Positions 1-12,927 of a DNA stretch of 64,000 nt are shown piece after piece. The position numbers and the translations under genes were made by a program. The stretch is from Paramecium tetraurelia (lineage: Eukaryota): NCBI GenBank assembly GCA_000165425.1, contig CT868052.1, positions 186,001-250,000 of the forward strand, written 5' to 3'. The notes below the pieces were generated by a model. It worked only from the letters and a program-made list of their open reading frames with translations, did no database searches and was not told where the DNA came from. How positions within the stretch are numbered: the stretch's first letter is position 1; each line of letters opens with the position of its first letter.

Positions 1-645
1 CAAGAACAACATAATTTTTTCCATGTTCTTGTTAACTTAAACACCCAAATCTGCGATTTCATTATTTTCACTTCCAAAAAATGTTTTTGTAATAGTTGTG
101 CTCGTCAACTATTTCAATACAGTTAAAATATCAATTGGACCATCCTTTAATTGAAGTTTCTTGCATTCTTACTTTAATGTCTCGACCATTACTAATAGAT
201 CTTAATTTGTGAAATGTTTAGTTAACATCTATCTTGATTTATGCCAACTCTTGCCGTTTTAGAAAAGCAATCCTTAATCTGCAAATGTGTCCGCAAATGG
301 CATGCCTTCCATTTTCTTATAAGATTCTTGATCAAAAAATACTAACTTCTTAAGTTTTGGATCAATCAAGGTGAAGTGAACTCCGCCTTTCAAATCATTA
401 GAGATATGTAATTTAACCTTGTTGTTCTTTAGCACTAATCTTTTTTAGGAATAGAACACATCTGATCTAAATACCAAATCTATTAGGATTTGGCCTATTA
501 ACCCAATAAATGGGAAATAGTATATCTCAACAGCGGAGCCATACTTAATCTTGTAGTACAAGAGCTTTGGAATTGGGGCAATCACGAGATAGGCTATCAA
601 GGCCAAGATCAGGTAACCTAAATATGATAATATGAGCAAATTCAT
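1..645 (-). CDS. Cytochrome P450, 5' part (runs off window start)
   Basis: N-terminal membrane anchor MNLLILSYLGYLILALIAYLVIAP. With TAA/TAG=Gln it continues to GLLFQNGKSWHKSRQMLTKHF, matching the P450 helix-C WxxxR motif. The heme Cys lies outside the window. Confidence 0.8.
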
Positions 646-1477
646 AAATTCTTAATTATTTATAAATTAACAACTTTATTTTTGTTTTTAATGTATGAAT
701 TTTATGGAAAAATATATATTATATATTAGAATTTTGCAGTATTAATATAAATATAATGTATTAATTAATTGTCTTAGTTTATTATTTAAATTGGCTATTT
801 TCATTAATGAAATCTTAGATAAAATGGACTTTTAAATATAGAAATTCAATATTTTCTAGATTTCTTCCTACCTTCAAATATTTTCAATTGAAACATGTCT
901 CTCTATTAGCATATAAATTCTTATTATAATTTGGATGAAAAATATAAATATATTTATTTATTAGTAATACTTGAAAAAATTTAATGAGTGAATGCCTTCT
1001 GACCCTAAAATTAAATAAGAGCTACCCTAAATTATAAGTTTAAAGACTTTTTCTTTCCAAAAGATGTATGAATTTTAAAGAGCCTTAATCTTGTATAAAT
1101 AGGAGACAAAAAGTTTCGGCAATTACTTATAAAAAGTATTATAAGGTGTATTTGAAATTATAAATATAAAATGAATGATCTAGAAAGAATACTAAATTGA
1201 TCTAAAAATAGTACTTAAGTCTCTTTGGCTGAAATTTTCAAACCTAGAATTGCTGCCATATTCAATTGCATGATACATATATTAAAATTATAATTAACCT
1301 TCTAAAACAACCTAAACCTAGTTATTCGACCCCAACCAAAATTATTTATAGATAAACAATTCAAAGTTTATTTAAAAATATCAAGATATAAACTAATTAA
1401 AAGAAAAAATATATATATATCTTTTCTTTTGTAATATATTGAAAAGATTATGAATTTTTTTTATGTAAACTAAAAAT

Positions 1478-3144
1478 TCATTTAGACAGTTCAACTGTTT
1501 TTGACAGGTGATTATATTAATTAAATTATTTTATTAATTGAGAAATCATTTATTGTAAATGTTTGGTTGGAATAGATATCTAATTAGTTAATTAGATTTT
1601 GGTACACTCACATAATAATTCAATTTTTGTTGATTAATCCATTTATTTTGAGTATTAATATTTTTCGATTTACCTGCAAATAATTCCTTTTTATTATTAA
1701 TTTTTAGTTAAGATATCACTGAAATTTATTATTTAAAGTTCTAAGTTATTGAAAACACTATTGCCCTTCTTTTTCTTATTCATTAACTTGAAGATTTCCT
1801 TATCCAAATTATTCCCCATTTTTTTAATATATATTTTGGCAGTAGTCATTACTCTGAGAATAGGGCGAAAAATGAATATAACAATAATCATCGAAATGAA
1901 AATTAAGGAGCAAGATATAATTATTTAGATATAAAAAGCTCTTTCATTTGCCTATTAAACCAAAAGTTCGAGCTCTAAGAAGTTTTCTTGTAATACGTGC
2001 TCAAAGCTCGCATTAGTAAACCTAGACTTTAAACTTAAAGTTACATCATTAATGTAAAATTTCCAGGGATTTAATTAGCCACTATCTTAATGGGTTTTTT
2101 GTAAATGGAATTGTATCTACATAAAATTTATTTTTCATCCAGCTAACAATTTGAAATGCTAGGATTTTTATTAGCAAAATTGAAAATTTCATTCCAATCG
2201 GTTTAATTGAATCCTGTTTTATTTTCTTCGTATATAAAATTTAATTCTGTGACTGGAAGATTTAAATTGACCTTTCTATATATTATTTGACCATCTTAAT
2301 TTAACAAATAAGTGTTAGCTTAAATTAACTACATATCAGGGTCTTCAGCATCAAAGTCAGTACCTGCTATAGCATCTAGAGCTTTTGTATATTAATTTTC
2401 TAAAGAATAAGAAATAGTTTATTTATAGATAAATTGAGTGCCTGAAAAGTATAGTTTTGAGAAAAAGTATTTTTAATCTTTCTCCTATTAATATTTATCC
2501 AAATGGTTTACAAACCAATTTTTTGATTAAGGGGAGAATGACCAATCGTAAATTACTTAAGGATAAATAAACCCAACTTAAATGTCTCCAGTTGCCACAT
2601 AGAAGATTCTATTATGTTGGGTAGTATCAAATAAGAGAATATATTCTGATAGTAATCTGGAGAATTTTTATAGGTCTTGATATTTTTACATTTGTGGCAA
2701 TTAATTTCCATCCTTACAAAGGTAACAAGTTAAGCAAAGTTGTGGGATTGAAAATAAAAAGTCCTTCTCTTTTTCAGTCTCACATTTAAGTGAATCTTTA
2801 GATTATTCTGATATATGAAAATGATCCAATAACGAATAAAGAGAACCTAAACTTGTTAAGAGCTATATCCCTTTGAAAATAAAATAATAAATACTGTGAT
2901 ATTATTTTGAAATGAGATAATAATTTAGTTAGGGGAGAAGGAGGTTAAGTGCTTTTTTATCTTAACGTTACAAAACTATAGTAGATGAATTTTCATAGAT
3001 TCCAATTATTACATTTTTTTAAACAATGTAAAATGAGAGAATCAATATGAAACTGATTAAAAAAGCACAAATTTTCACCAAAAAAATCTAGTCTCTCATT
3101 CTAAGATTGTGAAACTGTTTCCTTATAGCTTGCCAAATGATCAT
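1478..3144 (-). CDS. Two-TM membrane protein with extracellular dCache-like domain
   Basis: TM1 FLVKICAFLISFILILSFYIV. Cache-like segments WSFSPQSKNWF / FSKLYF / TISYSL / AIAGTDF / NTYLLNQDGQII. TM2 ISCSLIFISMIIVIFIFRPI followed by a short cytoplasmic tail. Intron near 2870-2895. Confidence 0.7.
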
Positions 3145-3344
3145 ATTAATCTTTATTTAATATTATTTAAATTTACAATTTAATATGTATTTGAAAAGAA
3201 ATGACAAATATCCATAAAGTATAACATAATAAGCATTGAATACAAAAATCTCTAATTCATCAATCAATTTATAATGGATAAATTGCCTCTTTAAATAAAT
3301 ATAAGAAATAATAATGATTTATAATTTATATTATATAATATTAA

Positions 3345-4914
3345 ATGAGTGATAAATCGAAATCACCTCCAACAAAGAAATTAATCAAAAACAAAATGAA
3401 GAAGCAATTCTCCAATGAGAAATTCTCAACTAAAAACTACCAACCTTCAAGATTTGTTGTTGCAGAGCGATTATAACCAATAACGTATATGAATTAGTTT
3501 CATTATTGATTAGATATAAGGCCCAAGAAATTCTGAGTGAATTTCAAACAAAAATTGAAGATGCCTTCTTTTCTTAGCCAAATCAATTGAAAAGTGTACA
3601 ACCTAGTTAATAGAGAGTGCTATAGGTATGAAATTGTTAGAGTGCTAAATAGCCAAAAGAATATAAAAAGAAACCGCTAAGAAGATAAGAGAACGATATG
3701 CAAATGTATAAGGACATCTTTGTGTAACCTAAGGCGGATGCGTTGTAAGAGCTCAAAGAAAAAGAGAAAGATTTTGAAGCACTCTTTCATAAAGGATAAG
3801 CAAAACAATATGACAAAATTCTGAATATTAAGGAAGATGAGGATAAACCAGTCAAAAACTTATTGGGATCATTACTAAACGAATAACTAATGAAATCTAC
3901 GGCTCCCATTGATAATATTGATTTGAAAAAAGAAATTGACAAAGTGGCCTAAATGGATTTGCCTGTTCAACCAGAAACTAACTTCTAGTTCTTCGATCAA
4001 TAGATTTCTGTCCAACCACCAGATCTACCAAATGCTAGTATTGCATCGCCATTGACACCTGGAAATGGTTATGCCCCATCCATACCTTATACTCATAATG
4101 TTAAGGAAAACAACAGAACTAGCATTAAGGATTTACTTGTAAGAGCCAAGGCTGGTATGTAAGCTGGTGATATTTAAAAGGAAGCGCATTTATCATTTTA
4201 TTTAGGAATGGTCTATGAGAGTAGCAAAAATCATAATGAAGCTGTGAGATTCTATAAGAAATTTGTGGCATGTGCCAAACTAATGGAAGACAAAATAGGA
4301 ATGGCATTGGGAACTAACAGAGTGGCATTCAATTATTACAATGCTGGTAACTTTACAAAATCAATTGAATTTCATAAACAAAATTTATAGTATTCAGATT
4401 AGGAGAATATGTTTACAGGATTTTATAATATGGGGTTAGCCCAGAGAAGGCTTAAGAATTATGAGGAATCCATTGATTATTTTTCGAATGCTTTGGAATG
4501 GGCTCAGAAAAGAGATGAAGCAGAATCATCATGCATATCATATGGCTAATTGGGTATAGTATTTTTAGAAATTAAACAATATGATTAAGCATTTGAAAAT
4601 TTTTAAGTAATAGTTTTATGCAATTTAATAGAACTGTTATGAATTGGCTAGGAGATTGAAAAATCATAAATTACAATTAGATTGCTTGTTGAATCTAATT
4701 AAAATATCAGGATATCTTTAAACCTCAACGGAAGTGTAAACATAAATTTTGAAAAATGCGATCTTAGTAATTTTAGCTTATATTATTTAAGTGTGCAAAC
4801 CATTTAAATGAAAAATCAATCGCAACTTTATGCTTATGTAACTTAGGTGTTCTTGAATCAAAACCTCCATAACCAAATTAAAATTACGATGATTTAGAAT
4901 ATGAATAATTTTGA
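3345..4914 (+). CDS. TPR-repeat protein
   Basis: ATG at 3345, TGA at 4912. TPR helices LGMVYESSKNHNEAVRFYKK, YNMGLAQRRLKNYEESIDYF and YGQLGIVFLEIKQYDQAFENF. Three short introns. Confidence 0.85.
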
Positions 4915-5233
4915 TAAATAACATTATTTTTATTATATAATAAAATGAATTCGTCTCATTGAAAATATATTAAAGCACACTCAGAGATAGACACTAAATT
5001 ATCTTATTCAAACTGGCTGAGAACTAAAATTGATGTACAAGACTGGAACATTTAAGTAAGGCATTTAAAAAATGATTATACTAAATTAAGAACAATAATG
5101 AAATTTTGCAATGGTCACTAGAATATTAAAAGTTTAATTTTAATATCCTCAATTCTTAGAAATTTGAAAGATATTACAATAAAAAGAACAACTGAATAAT
5201 GAACATTATTGTTTTATTTTTAATATCTTCTCT

Positions 5234-5527
5234 TCACTATTAAGGAAATCTAAGTTTGAATAAACTCATGGCAACATTAGAAATCTCTTTTGCTCTGTCG
5301 TTTAACCAATCCATTTAATCTTAAGTTTATGCTACTTCTGCAAACTTTCTTGTAAATCTAATTTTTGTGAATGATTCAATTTCATTAAATTTAGCCTACT
5401 TTACAATTTCAATTACCAAATCCTCATAATAATTATAGACATCTTGAGCTGTGTAATGGTTTGGAAGCACATGATCAAATCTCTTGATTGGACTCACATA
5501 CTTTTTAATTATTTCGTCAAACTTCAT
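5234..5527 (-). CDS. Small hypothetical protein (~97 aa)
   Basis: Open frame MKFDEIIKKYVSPIKRFDHVLP...LFKLRFPQQ* in code 6. The upstream ATG at 5587 is also in frame. Confidence 0.6.
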
Positions 5528-5660
5528 TAAATTTATTAAAATATAATAATATTGATAATATACATTATTAGGAAAGCAGAGACTCATATATCAAAAAATA
5601 CTTGATTTCTAATTAATTTGCGCTAAATAATTAAATAATATATTACATAAATTAATTCAT

Positions 5661-6065
5661 ATGAGTTAAGAACAAGCAACATAAGTGAGTGCCTATTCAG
5701 CTTATTAAAATAAATAACATTAATTATGCTATAGTTTAGAAACAAGTAACAGTATGAGGATTTTAAGAAGCATTAAAAAAGGAATATCGGTATCAAAAGT
5801 CTGTGAAGAAAATTTATTAAATTTGAATTCTAATATTGATAGATTAGAAATATCGAAAGATGATTATTATGAAACAACAACATAAATTTAAAGGGGAAAA
5901 ATGCCGACTATTTAATAAATAATAGGTCAATTGCAAAGAAGAGTAACTCAAATGTAAAATCTTGCTTAGATGAGATTGGAATAAAATTCAAGTGATAGTA
6001 GTGAGGATTGGGTACCTGATTTTAGAGAGGAGGAAGAAGAGAGTGATTATTTTGAATAACAGTGA
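5661..6065 (+). CDS. Hypothetical protein with acidic C-terminus
   Basis: Intronless 134 aa frame MSQEQATQ...SSEDWVPDFREEEEESDYFEQQ*. Confidence 0.6.
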
Positions 6066-6077
6066 TAATTAATTAAA

Positions 6078-6879
6078 TCAATTTAATACATTTTTAGGGT
6101 ACTTTCTTTTCATTTACTTTATACATTATACTATATTTTCTTTTGGCTTAACATTCTTTTTTAACATTGCATCATAGATTTTCAGTTCTTAATCCTTCAA
6201 ATCATCGTACCATGATTTAATTAGTAATCCATTTTCTAAGGATAAATGACATCACTTACATGGATTTAAAGACATTCCAGATAAAGAATTGTCAATAATA
6301 AAGGTTTTCTCCAAATTTGAATTCACTTTAGTTAAATCTTTATAAAACACCCCATCCTTCTTGGTACAACTCTAAACATTATATCATAAATGTTGTTACA
6401 TCTCTGTAGAATCTTCTCTTGATGAATCCACTTGGATCTAGATAATCAATAACTTTGTCAGCATATTCCTTTAGAGCAGCTGTAAAAATAACCAGTTCAA
6501 AATATTTTGATAAGGCTTTCAAGAAATCTCTTGCAAATGGCCTAATTTTGACATAATACTTTTCAATTGTGTTCCCTATTTTCACAATGATTTCTTCATC
6601 CAGAAATGAAGTTCTTTCCATTTCTGAGCGTATTAAGGTTTCATCGAGGTCTAACACAAGAGTAAACTCTTTTTCTGTCTCTTTTGCAGTTATTTTATCT
6701 TTGCAATCATCATCTGAATCTAAACCCTTCACTGAGAGAGGAGATCCCATCATTATTAAGATCGAACCTAACATTTCCCAACTCCAAGAGATGATTTTCT
6801 TGCATCTGTCAGTCGTTGAAGCATTTACTAAAGTATTTCCTACTATTTTAGCAATATTTGATTTAGAAATGTATTCCAT
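6078..6879 (-). CDS. CTD small phosphatase / NIF (FCP1/SCP-like HAD) phosphatase
   Basis: TLVLDLDETL catalytic motif, VKIRPFARDFL, FELVIFTA, YADKVIDYLDP, KDLTKV, IIDNS. Two introns. Confidence 0.92.
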
Positions 6880-6923
6880 TATTATATTAATTAAAACGGG
6901 GAAGTCTGTATTAATATTTATAA

Positions 6924-8187
6924 ATGTAAAATAATATTATTGATTAAAATAAAATAGTTGTCACAGTAAAGGATCCTACTATTAATTAAAATCAAGAGGA
7001 ATTTGTATTGTATAATATAGAGGGATAAGATAACGCAGGCGATTTTTAGATTTAACATCGTTTTAGTGAATTTTTCTAATTAAGATCCTTGCTTGCCTAA
7101 AAATGGTAATACTGTTATATACCGGCATTGCCTCCAAAAGTTGTTTAAGTAATGTAAATGCAATTCAAATTTAGGGAAATTTGAGTTTGAAAGTGATTTA
7201 TTAAAGATTAATGATGCTAGATCATTTCATGAAATAATTATCTAATTTTTCATTTTTGTGGTATTCTCATGAAGTTTAAGCATTTTTACGATAACAATAA
7301 CTAAGGAAAAGTAATTCTAATGAATAGTAAGAGAACTATGCCAATTTATTGATTTCAATTTTCCCACATTTTGCTGAAAATGTAATAGATTAGGAAGTAG
7401 AAACTAAAATAGACTAATTTCTCCTTTTTATTCAAAATGCTACTCCAATTCTTCAGAATTATAAAGTAATCATGAAAAGTAAATTAACCATTAGGTAAAA
7501 TTATCAATATAATTAGTAAATAACATTTCGAATAAATAAATATTTTTCAAACTTTTTTCATACCTGAATATGAGAAGATATTAGAGACAAATGTTGAATA
7601 AATCAGGTCTCGCTAAACAAGTAAGATATTTTAAGAGGATCAGAGTAATTGTGTTTTAAGTGACACTGATAAGTAATTCTATATCATGTATATTTAGATT
7701 AAAATTGAATTGAATGAATTTTAAGTAAATTTATAATTAAATTTCTTAGGTTTTAATTGAATTGATTCAAAAAAGAGAACAATTGAAATTATAGATTCAA
7801 ACTTTAAATGAATAACTCTAAAGAAAAGTAAAATATGTATCTGAGATCTAAAATAATGGTTTGAATATAATTAAGCAATTAGTAACAACTAAAGAGGATG
7901 AAATAGAAAAAGCATTCTTAAATTTGAAACAAGTTATTTATATTAATCCTATTGTAGCTTGAAAAAGAATTGACAATCTAGGTTTCCTTCTTTTCGCTTA
8001 TCACTAACAAATTAGCTTCAGATATACAGTTATTGAAAAAGGTCTTTTCATAAAATTATTACTAAGTGGTTAGAGAAATGAGTAAACTTTTTAAACAAAA
8101 TGCTCAAAAAGTATAAATACAATTTAGGATTAGAATATTTCATTTTACTAGAACCTATTATTAGAAATAGAGAAGTCAGAACTTTGA
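6924..8187 (+). CDS. PX-domain sorting nexin-like protein
   Basis: FVLYNIEG...HRFSEFFQLRSLLAQKW...IPALPPK...QRLMMLDHFM, followed by a helical (BAR-like) C-terminus. Several short introns. Confidence 0.8.
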
Positions 8188-8447
8188 AATTAACTGATAA
8201 TTATATTTTTCTAAGCATATTTATTTATATATCTCTAATGTAAAATTATGTATTTGATGCTCTTTTTAATAACTGATGTTAAAAATTTTAGATATTTTAT
8301 TGTATTGATGATGTTTTTGTTTCATTTTGATAATTTGTTGAGGAACTTTAAAAATAGATATAGAATAAATAATATTATTAGTATATCAGATGATTATATA
8401 ATAATTTGACGGATTACATATAACAAAATAATTATTATTTATAATAG

Positions 8448-9547
8448 ATGAAATCATCATTTTAAGCTTGCAGAAGCACATACAACAAGTCCCATCGAAA
8501 CTATTCTGTTAGACCTACTTCTTCTTTGGCAGAAGAGAATTAAGTAAGGAATTTCAGACTGTTTTCTTAAACTTAAGGATGTTCCATTACAACTAACTAA
8601 CCCCAAAGAATAGAACTACCCTGTTTTTTTAATACTCCAGCTAGATTTAAGAACATGAATGTACTATTTAATATTAGCTAAAGAGAAAAATAAAATTCAA
8701 TTGTCCGAAAAATAAAATGATCCAAAAAGCCTTTAGACTCCTGAATTGTGTATTTATCTACAAGCTCAAAGACGATTGAAAGATTATGAGATGCTGGCAT
8801 TTGCATGTAAAAGAGCTGGCAAAATCAAAGATGAAGGAAGAGCCTACTATAGTATGGGTGTGTTATTGGACAATATGGGTAAATGGAGTTAAGCTATATA
8901 ATAATATGAGAGATTTCTAAAAATATGCTCTAAAATAGATGACTAACATGGATGTGGTTTAGCTTATAATTGTATAGGAGTAGACTATTAGTTCATGGCT
9001 GAAACGAATCCAAAGTTTATTGAAAAAGCAATTGATTTTCATAAAAAACACGAAGAAGTTTCAGATAGCAATGGTAAATTTTTGGCATCAATAAACCTGG
9101 GTTTGTGTTACGATGTCAATTCTTAGTTATCTATGTTTTACTTTTAGTAGGCTCTCAAGCATGCAATAAATATGTCAAGCAAATTAGGATAAACAATAGC
9201 TATTGCCAATATTGGAAGAATAGGACAAAAAGGTTTATATGATAATGCTGAAAAAATGAAAGTAAATATAAACTCAAAAGTTTTAGTTATTCATAGAAAA
9301 GTTTTTATAATTAGCAAATGAGTTAAAAGACACAGAAAGTATAATAAAAGGACATATGAAACTAGGAGCAGTGTCTGCTTAAATGGGATCATATACTGAA
9401 GGAAAGAATAGTTTTTTAAAGGCCTTAGAAATGGTTGAGAATGATCGATACTTATATTAAGAGGCTAAATGCGGATTTGCAATTTCGAATGCTGAAATGA
9501 ATATGGATTAATATTTGAGAGAATAAGCATAATTATTAAAATAATGA
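8448..9547 (+). CDS. TPR-repeat protein
   Basis: EGRAYYSMGVLLDNMGKWSQAIQQYERFL, GLAYNCIGVDY, ASINLGLCY. TGA at 9545. Confidence 0.85.
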
Positions 9548-9691
9548 TACTGATTCTATAATACAATTTAAATATTATCTAATGATATCTTTCATATTAA
9601 ATTATATTTAAACAAAAAAAGAGAAAAAAGTTGATTAAAATATAATAATTTATTTAATTATTTTTATGTGTAATATGATTGCTTTATTATA

Positions 9692-10851
9692 TCATATTCT
9701 CCAAAAGTTAATAATACCATTAACATCACTTGTAGATATCAAGCTATCATTAACTTTGTTTATGCAAGCGATGGCAGTCTAATGTCCGAATTTATCATCT
9801 TCTGTCTTCTATCCTGCAATAATATTTAATATTTTGTACCTTTTCCAGAAAACATTTGTTTTGCAGCAGCAATACTTCCAGATTTCTACACTTCTCCTTC
9901 TGCAGCCAAGCATTTCTCAATAATGGATGTAAACTTCAAAGTAGGTTCACAATTCAACAGAACTGGCTTTCTATCATATCCAACTCCCACCATTGTGGAA
10001 TCATTCAAATATAATATTTTATTAAATGGTTTAGTCTCCTTGATATAAGTAGCCTTTAATATGGATATTCATAATATACATTTGTATCTTCATTTTCAAC
10101 GATCAGGCTTCCATCATCATTAAATGAATATTGTTTAATTAATCCTGTGTGTGCAGCAACAGCAAATTTTTTGCCTGATTGAGTAAAATCAATTGAATTA
10201 ACCCAACCATTTAAATTTATTGTAACAAGGATTTCTCCAAATGTTTTAATGTCTTTGAAAAGACCATTGTATGACTAATCCTCTGAATTAATATTATCTT
10301 AGATAACACATGAAACTAATTTAAATGTCTGATCAGTTGATCCTAATCCTAATACTCTTCCACTTGGATGGAATCTACAAGCGGTTACACTTGAATAGAA
10401 ACAATTGATCTATTGATTATGCCACCAATTGTTTTTTTCTTCAAAAAATAAAACAAATGCTTTATGACATGCAGTCCCAACTACACATTTTTATCCATTT
10501 GGAGCCCATTCTCCTGACAAAATTGCTTTCTCGTTTGTGATAATGACTAAATCTTTGCTCCAAGTATTATTGACATTTCTATATACATAAACCTATCATC
10601 ATCTTAAAATTTACGCTTCTATCATCACTTCCAATTAAAATTTTGTTATCTACTGACCAAGACAACACATTAATTTATTAGGATGCATCCTTCAAAGTGG
10701 ATACCTTTTACCATGTTCCAATCTTCTCCAATTAACCAACCTTATAAATATCTGCATTGCTGGTATTTTTAATAGATAGGGCAACATATTAGCCATCTGG
10801 TGACCAAGTATGTGTTACCAACTTTTGTTATCTCAGATAGGATTCAGTCAT
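9692..10851 (-). CDS. ARPC1: Arp2/3 complex subunit 1 (p41, WD40)
   Basis: HTWSPDGQYVAL, LVIITNEKAILSGEWAPNGQKCVVG, FEEKNNWW, SSVTACRFHPSGRVLGLGSTD, FGEIL..GWV. This matches ARPC1/Sop2 signature segments. Confidence 0.88.
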
Positions 10852-11342
10852 TTTTATTAAAGATAATATTTATATTCTAAAATATAATTGAAATCCATAA
10901 TTTAATAGGAAAATGAATTAGGCTCAAAAGTTTTAATAAAAAAATTAATGACATTATATATTTATAAATTTTATATTATACTATATAATAACACTCTTAA
11001 TTAATTGTTATTTTAACTAAAAGTTCACTTCACTATATATATTGGTAATCCATAAGTTAATATAAAATAATGATATCAAAGGACTTTAATTAAAGCTCCG
11101 TAATCTCCTAAAATAATAAATCATTTTAAATACAATCTAAGTAAAATGATATTGTCAGTTAATGTAGAAAAATCAAGAGACTCTCTTATTGTAGAATAAG
11201 ATGAATAAGCGACTGTGATACATAAAAAAACAGTTAAGGAGACTTTTTGTAATTCGATATTCAAGATTTAACAAGAATGCCCTTTTAAATGTTTTGTATA
11301 CAAATTATGACAATAATTCAATATAATAGAAAGTGTCTCTTA

Positions 11343-11879
11343 ATGAAAAAAAATATAATAAATAATAATGTTGAACCAAGTTAATTATAAATCCGAAACT
11401 GTATTGAAATGCTATGATATCAATTTTCGCCAAAATATCGTTGCTTTTGTGGAAATGTATAAAATGCATTTCCTATATTTTAATGTTCTCAAGCTCACCA
11501 GGTATGTGCTGACGAATTCCTTTATTAAGGTCCATATTTAGAGCGTATTCTATGCAAGAATTGTAATCAATATAGACATTTTAATGGGATTATTAATTTT
11601 TATTTTCGTTCATGGAAACAAAGCAAAAACTCTTTAATTTTAGTTCTAGCCTTGGTTATCTTTGTTGTTTTAACATTCTTTTCGTTTTTTGAATTGGATG
11701 ATGAGATGGCAAAAGATGGGTTATTAATATATTGCTTAGTATTTTCATATACTATAGGTTTATTTTACTTATATGTTTGATATCAAAGACGCTCACTCAT
11801 TTAAAAGAGGGTAAGACTACTTATTAAAAGACTTGACTTAGAAATGTATAATACAATAAGAATAATACGAATTTAATGA
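11343..11879 (+). pseudogene. Degenerate RING-variant + 2-TM ORF with two in-frame TGA (pseudogene or readthrough gene)
   Basis: RCFC...C..AHQVC...CKNC followed by two hydrophobic helices. In-frame TGA at 11415 and 11778, with no frameshift across 178 codons. Confidence 0.45.
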
Positions 11880-11958
11880 TGAAATTATAAACTCTATGTA
11901 TGTATGACATCACTATTAATCAAATCAATCAATTTTCATTAAAATATTATATTTAATA

Positions 11959-12927
11959 ATGATTTTTGAGATTTCAAATTACTGTAAGGATATCAGTAAT
12001 TGTTTCATATCCTCGAATATAAATCAATCTTAGAATGAAACACTTTTGCTTGAAAAAATTCAATCTTTGCAAGTATTGAGACTAATTTTATCATTTGATA
12101 GGAAAGTTTGAAAGAGTTCGATTTTTGGTTTAAAACGCAATTCAATAATGAAGAACTTTTGGTCAATTACATCTATACAGAGTTACTTGAAGTCAGAAAA
12201 ATTAATAAAGTTGTTTAATTTAAAAAAATTGATGAGAAATCATCAGAAATCAAAGGCTTAAGTATTGATTCACAGAAGAGTGCAGAAACTTAATCCAGCA
12301 TTTGTAGTGCAATGTAGTAAAATTAAACATAGCTTTAGAACTAATTATAGAACATACTCTAAAAAGTTATAGAAGAAAGGATCATTATTGATGGAACTTC
12401 TCAATAATAATAAAGAGGAACAAATAAATTAATCCAATCTCTAAACTCCTCCTAAATCTTATTCGCTTGATAAGATCTATTACGTAATTAATTTTGAAAT
12501 TAATTGTTTGAAACAATATGAAATCACTGGAGATGAGGAACTCCAATTGTAAAAGATATAGGACAAAGAAGTGTTAAGATGGATTCTTGAAACTGTGTAA
12601 GCGAAAAATCATTACAAATAAATTTTATAATGTTTGATAAACTCTGCTTAGGACTTGGCAAATTATTAGACGGAAGACTTTACTCAAGCATTTGAAAAAA
12701 TGAATTGCTAAGATTCTTCATTTACAAATGATGAATATAAAAGATCCATAAGCAACTAATCATTTTACATGAATTAAGATGCATTCAAATAATTGATAGT
12801 GGATAAAATAAAATAAAATATGTCTTAATAAAATGAAAAAAACAAAAAGTAAAAATAAAAGAAGACCATAATATCAAATTAATATGACACTACAGATTCA
12901 AAAGTCTGTATGTGTTCAATATTTTGA
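11959..12927 (+). CDS. Hypothetical protein with polybasic region and C-terminal CaaX (CSIF)
   Basis: One intron near 12072-12100. Ends ...KNKKQKQKKT...SKVCMCSIF*. Confidence 0.7.

Noticed and set aside
984..1400. ORF-like fragments after ATG at 984/992
   Set aside because: Short frames broken by TGA with no recognisable motif. Cannot be distinguished from chance or an old remnant.
6569..6934. 121 aa plus-strand ORF
   Set aside because: Antisense to the NIF phosphatase gene.
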